Shown here piece after piece: positions 58,050-64,000 of a stretch of DNA of 64,000 nucleotides. The position numbers were made by a program, and so were the translations under genes. Below the pieces are notes generated by a model, which was not told where the DNA came from, made no database searches, and was given only the letters and a program-made list of their open reading frames with translations. The stretch's first letter is position 1; each line of letters begins with the position of its first letter. This DNA comes from Minisyncoccota bacterium. Its GTDB lineage: Bacteria > Patescibacteriota > Microgenomatia > UBA1400 > PJMF01. Where the stretch lies: NCBI GenBank assembly GCA_009885085.1, contig VFLK01000009.1, positions 3,810 to 67,809 of the forward strand, in the 5' to 3' direction.

Positions 58050-60176
58050 ATGGCTGACACAAACACAAGAGTTCCATTAGAGAGAATTAGAAATATTGGT
58101 ATTATTGCCCATATTGATGCTGGAAAAACCACAACTTCCGAAAGAATCCTTTACTTTACAGGTAGAACTTACAAAATTGGTGAAGTTCACGAGGGTGCCG
58201 CAACCATGGATTGGATGGCTCAAGAACAAGAGCGTGGTATTACAATCGTATCAGCTGCAACTACTTGTTTTTGGAAACCTCACTTTGAAGTTCACCTAGA
58301 AAATGCATTATATAGATTCAATATTATTGATACTCCAGGGCACGTTGATTTTACAGCAGAAGTTGAAAGATCACTCCGTGTTTTAGATGGAGGAATCACA
58401 GTTCTTGATGCTAGTGAAGGTGTTCAATCTCAGTCAGAAACTGTTTGGAGACAAGCAGATAAATATAACATTCCAAGAATTTGTTTTATAAATAAAATGG
58501 ATAAATTAGGCGCAGACTTTTTTGCTACTATCGAAGATATCAGAGTTAAATTCGGTGTCATTCCAGCTGTCATGGTTTTGCCAATGGGAGCAGAAAATGA
58601 TTTTAGAGGTGTTATTCAAATTCTCGAAGAAAAAGCATTATTTTGGAAAGATAGCGCCGCAGACACTGAGCCAGAAGTTCAAGAAATTCCAGAAGAATAT
58701 AAGGCAAGAGTTGCGGAGTTAAGATCTCAATTAATTGAACAAATTGCAGAGACTGATGATGTGCTTTTACAAAGATTTTTTGATGGCAAAGATATTGCTT
58801 TAAATGAATTAAAGGCAGCACTTAGAAAAGCAGTTATTGATTATAAACTAGTTCCTGTTTATGCAGGTTCTTCACTTAAAAATACAGGTGTTCAACCAAT
58901 GCTTGATGCAGTCGTTGATTATCTTCCATCTCCAGTTGATATCGATCACATCACAGGTCTTAATCCAAAAACTGCAGAAGAAGAAACAAGACAATTGGTT
59001 CCTAACGAAAGATTTTCTGCGCTTGCTTTCAAGATTCAAACAGATCCTCACGTTGGAAAGATTACTTACACTAGAATATATTCAGGTGTACTTAAGGCAG
59101 GAAGCTATACATATAACTCAACCACAAAGCAAAAAGAGAGAGTTGGACGTTTGCTTCTTATGCATGCTAATCAAAGAGAAGAAATTCAGGAAGCCAAAGC
59201 TGGAGAAATCGTTGCTATTGTTGGTTTAAAAAATACCAGAACTGGCGATACTCTTTGTGATGAAGATAACAAAATTGTTCTCGAAGGAATTACATTTGCA
59301 GAGCCAGTTATTTCTTTGTCAATTGAGCCAAAAACTAAATCTGACCAAGAAAAAATGGGTATGGCTTTAGCAAAACTTAGTGAAGAAGATCCAACATTTT
59401 CTATTAAATCAAATCCAGACACAGGACAAACTATTATTGGTGGAATGGGAGAATTACATTTAGAAATTATTGTTGATCGTATGAAAAGAGAGTTTAGTGT
59501 CGAAGCAAATGTCGGTACGCCTCAAGTTGCATACAGAGAAACAATTACTAAAACCGCTCAAGCAGAAGGTAAATATATTAAGCAATCTGGTGGACGCGGT
59601 CAATATGGTCATGTTTATTTGAGAATTGAGCCAAAAGACAGAGGCACTGGTTATGAATTTGTTAATGATATCAAAGGCGGAACAGTTCCAAGAGAATTTA
59701 TCAAACCAACAGACAAAGGTGTTCAAGAATCTCTTGAACGCGGTTTCTTGGCAAACTTCCCAATGAGCGACATTAAAGTTACACTTTATGATGGTTCATA
59801 CCACGATGTTGACTCAAGTGAAATTGCTTTTAAGATGGCAGGTTCTTTGGCTATGAGACATGCAACTCTTTTAGCAGGTATGGTTTTACTTGAACCAATC
59901 ATGAAAGTTGAAGTTTCAACTCCTGACGAATACATGGGAGATGTAATTGGAGACTTAGGTTCAAGAAGAGCTCAAATTCAAGGGACTTCAACAAGAGGTA
60001 GTGTTACAATCATTACTGCACTTTCCCCTTTAGCTGAGATGCAAGGATATGTTACAATTTTAAGAAGTATGACAAAAGGAAGAGCATCTTCAGTGATGTT
60101 GCCAAGTCATTACGATATTGTTCCAAACAGTATTACTGAAAAATTAGTTGCCGAGAGAAAAACTGGCGGAAGATAA
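58050..60176 (+). CDS. fusA: Elongation factor G
   Basis: [26 protein letters not shown] and [10 protein letters not shown]. Confidence 0.98.
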   Translation: MADTNTRVPLERIRNIGIIAHIDAGKTTTSERILYFTGRTYKIGEVHEGAATMDWMAQEQERGITIVSAATTCFWKPHFEVHLENALYRFNIIDTPGHVDFTAEVERSLRVLDGGITVLDASEGVQSQSETVWRQADKYNIPRICFINKMDKLGADFFATIEDIRVKFGVIPAVMVLPMGAENDFRGVIQILEEKALFWKDSAADTEPEVQEIPEEYKARVAELRSQLIEQIAETDDVLLQRFFDGKDIALNELKAALRKAVIDYKLVPVYAGSSLKNTGVQPMLDAVVDYLPSPVDIDHITGLNPKTAEEETRQLVPNERFSALAFKIQTDPHVGKITYTRIYSGVLKAGSYTYNSTTKQKERVGRLLLMHANQREEIQEAKAGEIVAIVGLKNTRTGDTLCDEDNKIVLEGITFAEPVISLSIEPKTKSDQEKMGMALAKLSEEDPTFSIKSNPDTGQTIIGGMGELHLEIIVDRMKREFSVEANVGTPQVAYRETITKTAQAEGKYIKQSGGRGQYGHVYLRIEPKDRGTGYEFVNDIKGGTVPREFIKPTDKGVQESLERGFLANFPMSDIKVTLYDGSYHDVDSSEIAFKMAGSLAMRHATLLAGMVLLEPIMKVEVSTPDEYMGDVIGDLGSRRAQIQGTSTRGSVTIITALSPLAEMQGYVTILRSMTKGRASSVMLPSHYDIVPNSITEKLVAERKTGGR

Positions 60177-60232
60177 ATTGACGAAAAATAGTATTATATA
60201 TAGTAATTAAGTAAATTAATTTAGGAGGCCTT

Positions 60233-61429
60233 ATGGCAGACGCAAAAAAATTCATACGTGACAAGAAGCACGTAAACATCGGTACAATTGGTCACGTTGA
60301 TCATGGAAAAACTACTCTTACTGCAGCTATTGCTACAACATTATCAGTAAAACTTCCAAGTGACATTAACAAAGCAATGGGATATTCAGATATTGATAAT
60401 GCTCCAGAAGAAGCAGCTCGTGGTGTGACAATTAACATTTCACATATCGAGTATGAAACTTCAAAAAGACATTACGCTCACATTGATGCTCCAGGACATG
60501 CTGACTACATTAAGAACATGATTACTGGTGCCGCTCAAATGGATGGCGCAATTTTAGTTGTTGCAGCTACAGACGGACCTATGCCTCAAACACACGAGCA
60601 TATTTTGTTAGCAAAACAAGTTAACGTTCCAAACCTAGTTGTTGCATTGAACAAATGTGACATGGTTGATGACGCAGAGCTTTTAGACTTAGTTGAAATG
60701 GAAGTTAGAGAATTACTTACCAAGCATGGTTTTGATGGTGAGAATGCTCCAGTTCATAGAGTTTCAGCTCTTAAAGCTTTAGAGGGTGATGATGCAGAAC
60801 AGATGAAGATTATGGCACTTATGGATTCAGTCGATTCATTTATTCCAGATCCAGTAAGAGAATTAGACAAACCTTTCTTAATGCCTGTTGAAGATGTTTT
60901 TTCAATCAAGGGTAGAGGAACAGTTGTTACTGGACGTATTGAGTCTGGTATCATCAAAATTGGTGATGAAGTCGAGATTGCAGGTATCAAAGATACTAAG
61001 AAATCAACTGTCACTGGCGTCGAAATGTTCCGTAAAATGCTTGACCAAGGTGAAGCAGGAGACAATGTTGGTATTCTATTAAGAGGTGTTGGCAAAGATG
61101 ACGTCGAAAGAGGTCAAGTTTTGGCAAAACCAGGTACCGCAAGTGTTCATACTGAGTTCGAAGCTGAAGTTTACATCTTAACCAAAGAAGAAGGTGGCAG
61201 ACATAAGCCTTTCTTCACAGGTTACAGACCACAATTTTACGTTAGAACAACGGACGTTACTGGAGAAATCAAACTTCCAGAAGGTGTTGAAATGGTCATG
61301 CCAGGAGATAATGCAAAAATGATAGTCAATCTGATCGTTCCAGTGGTTGCTTCAGAAGGACTACGTTTCGCAATTCGTGAGGGTGGACATACAATCGGAG
61401 CTGGTGCAATCACCAAGATTATTAAGTAA
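60233..61429 (+). CDS. tuf: Elongation factor Tu
   Basis: [21 protein letters not shown] and YRPQFY. Confidence 0.98.
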   Translation: MADAKKFIRDKKHVNIGTIGHVDHGKTTLTAAIATTLSVKLPSDINKAMGYSDIDNAPEEAARGVTINISHIEYETSKRHYAHIDAPGHADYIKNMITGAAQMDGAILVVAATDGPMPQTHEHILLAKQVNVPNLVVALNKCDMVDDAELLDLVEMEVRELLTKHGFDGENAPVHRVSALKALEGDDAEQMKIMALMDSVDSFIPDPVRELDKPFLMPVEDVFSIKGRGTVVTGRIESGIIKIGDEVEIAGIKDTKKSTVTGVEMFRKMLDQGEAGDNVGILLRGVGKDDVERGQVLAKPGTASVHTEFEAEVYILTKEEGGRHKPFFTGYRPQFYVRTTDVTGEIKLPEGVEMVMPGDNAKMIVNLIVPVVASEGLRFAIREGGHTIGAGAITKIIK

Positions 61430-61448
61430 GTAATTATTAAAATTAGGC

Positions 61449-61477
61449 TTCACCCCGCACTTTTTATGCGGGGTGAA
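61449..61477 (+). terminator. GC-rich hairpin after tuf (terminator or stabilising stem; no clear U-tract)
   Basis: TTCACCCCGCA-CTTTTTA-TGCGGGGTGAA. Confidence 0.55.
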
Positions 61478-61607
61478 AAGTTTAGAGGGCAAAAACGAGA
61501 GAAAGAAGAAATTGGGGTTTACTTCTTGAGGAATTTTATGTATAATCTCGTCCTATGGTTTAATCACCATAAAGAAATTAAAAAGTAATTAAGTAAGTTG
61601 TTTTAAA

Positions 61608-61940
61608 ATGGCTAAATTAGATCAAAAAACTAAAACTGGATATAAAATTCGCGTAAGACTAAAGTCATACGATCATCGTGTTATAGACAGCGCAAGTCAA
61701 AAGATTCTAGAAACAGCACTTTCAACTGGTGCAAAGGTTGTTGGTCCAGTACCACTACCTACGCACAAAAGAGAATTTGCAGTGCTCGCTTCCCCACATT
61801 CTGACAAGAATGCTCAGGAGCACTACCACATTAAAACACACAAGAGATTGATAGACATTGTCAATCCAACAAGTAAGACTATAGATTCTTTGATGCATTT
61901 GGAACTCCCTGCCGGAGTTTCGATTCAAATTAAGATGTAG
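61608..61940 (+). CDS. rpsJ: 30S ribosomal protein S10
   Basis: [16 protein letters not shown] and HKRLIDI. Confidence 0.97.
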   Translation: MAKLDQKTKTGYKIRVRLKSYDHRVIDSASQKILETALSTGAKVVGPVPLPTHKREFAVLASPHSDKNAQEHYHIKTHKRLIDIVNPTSKTIDSLMHLELPAGVSIQIKM

Positions 61941-62027
61941 TAATAAGTATTAAGGAGATAAAGTTGCGATTAAATTTTAGCAACCTTAGATTAATTAGAA
62001 CAAGTAATTTGTATAGATATAATTGGT

Positions 62028-62822
62028 ATGATATTAGATATTTTTGCCACCAAAACAGGAATGACACAAGCTTGGACCAAAGCAGGCAAGCGCTTGGCTG
62101 TAACTCGCTGTAAAATTTTGGACATGCCAGTCGTCGGCAAGCAAGATATCAAAATAATCGATAAGAATTCACAAATTAGAGAGACTCTTACCTGCTCAAT
62201 TCTAGAAGTAGGATTTGGTAAGAAAAAACTTAAAAACATGAGCAAGCCACTCAGAACCAGAATGGAAAAGAGTGGTTTTTCTTTTGGTGTTAAAAACATT
62301 AGAGGTGTTAGAACATCAAATGATAAAATGAAACCATCAGTTGACGAAGAGTTTAAAATTGGCGACAGTATTAGTATCGACCAAGTTTTAGAAGTTGGTG
62401 ATGTTGTTAAAGTCCAGGGTATTAGCAAAGGCAGAGGTTTTGCTGGTGGAATGAAACGACATGGTTTTCATGGTGGTCCTAAGACTCATGGTCAATCTGA
62501 CAGAGCACGTGCTGTTGGTTCAATTGGTCCTGGAACAACTCCAGGTAGAGTTTGGTTGGGCAAAAAAATGCCTGGTCATTATGGAGTAGAGGCAAAATGT
62601 GTTTTAAACCTAGTAATTTTACATATAGATAAAGAAACACAAGAAATTTGGATTAGTGGTCCAGTCCCAGGTTCTATGATGTCTGATGTCAGAATTTCGA
62701 AAGTTGGCAAGAAAAAAAATATCGAGATAGATTACAAAGCATCAAATATTGTAATTAAAGCTGTCGCTCCAGAAAAAGAAGACGTCATCGTTGAAGAAGT
62801 TAGTCAAGAGGTTGCAGCATAA
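62028..62822 (+). CDS. rplC: 50S ribosomal protein L3
   Basis: KTGMTQ, SKGRGFAG, THGQSD and GKKMPGHYG. Confidence 0.96.
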   Translation: MILDIFATKTGMTQAWTKAGKRLAVTRCKILDMPVVGKQDIKIIDKNSQIRETLTCSILEVGFGKKKLKNMSKPLRTRMEKSGFSFGVKNIRGVRTSNDKMKPSVDEEFKIGDSISIDQVLEVGDVVKVQGISKGRGFAGGMKRHGFHGGPKTHGQSDRARAVGSIGPGTTPGRVWLGKKMPGHYGVEAKCVLNLVILHIDKETQEIWISGPVPGSMMSDVRISKVGKKKNIEIDYKASNIVIKAVAPEKEDVIVEEVSQEVAA

Positions 62823-62824
62823 TC

Positions 62825-63457
62825 ATGAAAATTAAAAGTATTACACCAACCAATAAGCTTTCAACAATGATTGTCAGTGATGAGGTCTTTGGATCAAAAG
62901 CTAATGATCAACTATTAAGTCAAGCAATTAGAGTTTACCTTTCAAACAAGAGACAAGGTACGAGTAAAGTTAAGACTAGAGGTGAAGTTACTGGATCAAG
63001 AAGAAAAATTTGGAAACAAAAAGGAACGGGTAATGCTCGACATGGTGCAAAATCAGCTCCAATTTTTGTAGGTGGAGGTGTCGCTCATGGTCCAAAAGGT
63101 ATTGAGAATTGGGATCTAAAGCTTTCAAGACACATGAAGAAAAAAGCTTTGATAGTAGCACTTAGTTTACAATTTGAAAATATTTTTGTAACAGACAATT
63201 TAAAAGATTTAGATGGAAAAACAAAAACAGCTGCAAAACTTTTGAAAGACTTAAGTATTTTTGGAAAGAAAGTTTTATTGGCTACAGATGGAAATAATGA
63301 TTTAGTTAGAAGAGCTTTTGGTAACATCCAAAAAGTCAATATTATGGATGGTTCATTAGTTAATGCTTTAGATGTTGCTTCAGCAGATGCAGTAATCTTT
63401 AGCAAAGACGCAGTGAAATCTTTAGAAGAAAGATTGATGAAGAAAGTGAAATCATGA
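62825..63457 (+). CDS. rplD: 50S ribosomal protein L4
   Basis: RQGT, KTRGEV, QKGTGNARHG and GGGVAHGP. Confidence 0.97.
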   Translation: MKIKSITPTNKLSTMIVSDEVFGSKANDQLLSQAIRVYLSNKRQGTSKVKTRGEVTGSRRKIWKQKGTGNARHGAKSAPIFVGGGVAHGPKGIENWDLKLSRHMKKKALIVALSLQFENIFVTDNLKDLDGKTKTAAKLLKDLSIFGKKVLLATDGNNDLVRRAFGNIQKVNIMDGSLVNALDVASADAVIFSKDAVKSLEERLMKKVKS

Positions 63458-63750
63458 ATCCTTATATAGTTGTTAAACCAATAGTCACAGAAAAGTCATT
63501 AAGACTCGCAAACACAGAAAACACATATGTGTTTGAAGTTCAAATGACGTCCAATAAGAATCAAATCAAAGAAGCAATTGAAAAATTGTTTGCAGTTAAA
63601 GTCGAAAAAATTCGTACAATTGTTAATCAAAGAGAATTAAAAAGAACCGGTAAAAAGAGAATGACAGTTAGAACTGGAAAAACTAAGAAAGCTTTAGTTA
63701 CTCTAATTTCTGGTCAATCTATAGATTTATTTGATGTATCAGAAGAATAA
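63454..63750 (+). CDS. rplW: 50S ribosomal protein L23
   Basis: PIVTEKS, NKNQIKEAIE and KKALVTL. Confidence 0.96.
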   Translation: MNPYIVVKPIVTEKSLRLANTENTYVFEVQMTSNKNQIKEAIEKLFAVKVEKIRTIVNQRELKRTGKKRMTVRTGKTKKALVTLISGQSIDLFDVSEE

Positions 63751-63756
63751 AATATA

Positions 63757-64000
63757 ATGTTAATAACACAAAAACCAACCAGCAGCGGAAGAAGACATCA
63801 AATAAATATTGATCGTTCCGAATTACATAAGGGCAAACCAGAAAAGTCTTTATTGGAATCTGGTCATAAGAAACGTCAGGGAAGAGGTTTCTTAGGTCAT
63901 ATTACAGTTAGACATAGAGGTGCTGGTGTTAAGAAAAAATTACGTATTATTGATTGGAAACGTAAAAATCGTGATATCGAAGGTACAGTTATTAGATTAG
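63757..64000 (+). CDS. rplB: 50S ribosomal protein L2 (5' part; runs off window edge)
   Basis: MLITQKPTSSGRR...KPEKSL...GHITVRHRGAG...RIIDWKR, directly after rplW. Confidence 0.95.
   Translation, partial: MLITQKPTSSGRRHQINIDRSELHKGKPEKSLLESGHKKRQGRGFLGHITVRHRGAGVKKKLRIIDWKRKNRDIEGTVIRL

Noticed and set aside
49221-61429. Inteins or introns in rpoB, rpoC, fusA or tuf
   Set aside because: The frames are continuous with normal lengths. The RpoC N-terminal insertion is a coiled coil without intein motifs.
2795-63405. Many antisense or overlapping ORFs in the track (e.g. 4420, 30729, 52524, 60754, 61991)
   Set aside because: These are shadows of well-supported genes and show no motifs or initiation signals.

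Overview
This AT-rich, gene-dense window uses the standard genetic code (TGA acts as a stop, including in ATGA overlaps). It most likely comes from a Patescibacteria/CPR genome, Microgenomates-like. That assignment is inferred from the C-terminally shortened AlaRS, the divergent RpoB/RpoC, a CxxC-x17-CxxC protein, a sortase with a baseplate-J-like neighbour, and many CPR-type membrane proteins. The first ~41 kb hold accessory and housekeeping genes: uppP, a small membrane stress cluster, mgtE, PAS kinases and response regulators, a DEAD-box helicase, DUF2207, galU, an LCP protein, a nitroreductase-ACD-flavodoxin-OFOR fermentation operon, a P-type ATPase, a citryl-CoA-lyase-like gene, prmC and a DsbA-family gene. 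The rest is alaS-(2 genes)-ruvX-mltG, rpoBC, the str operon and the start of the S10 operon. I saw no tRNA, rRNA, CRISPR array, transposase or integrase. The most notable observations are: an apparently natural circularly permuted DsbA; covarying ACAAG-loop stem-loops beside ruvX; a remodelled RNA polymerase (rifampicin pocket, bridge helix, trigger loop) preceded by a structured attenuator-like leader; recurrent in-frame tandem duplications; many apparently leaderless genes; and two genes broken by single-base lesions. All family calls come from motif recognition by eye, with no database searches.
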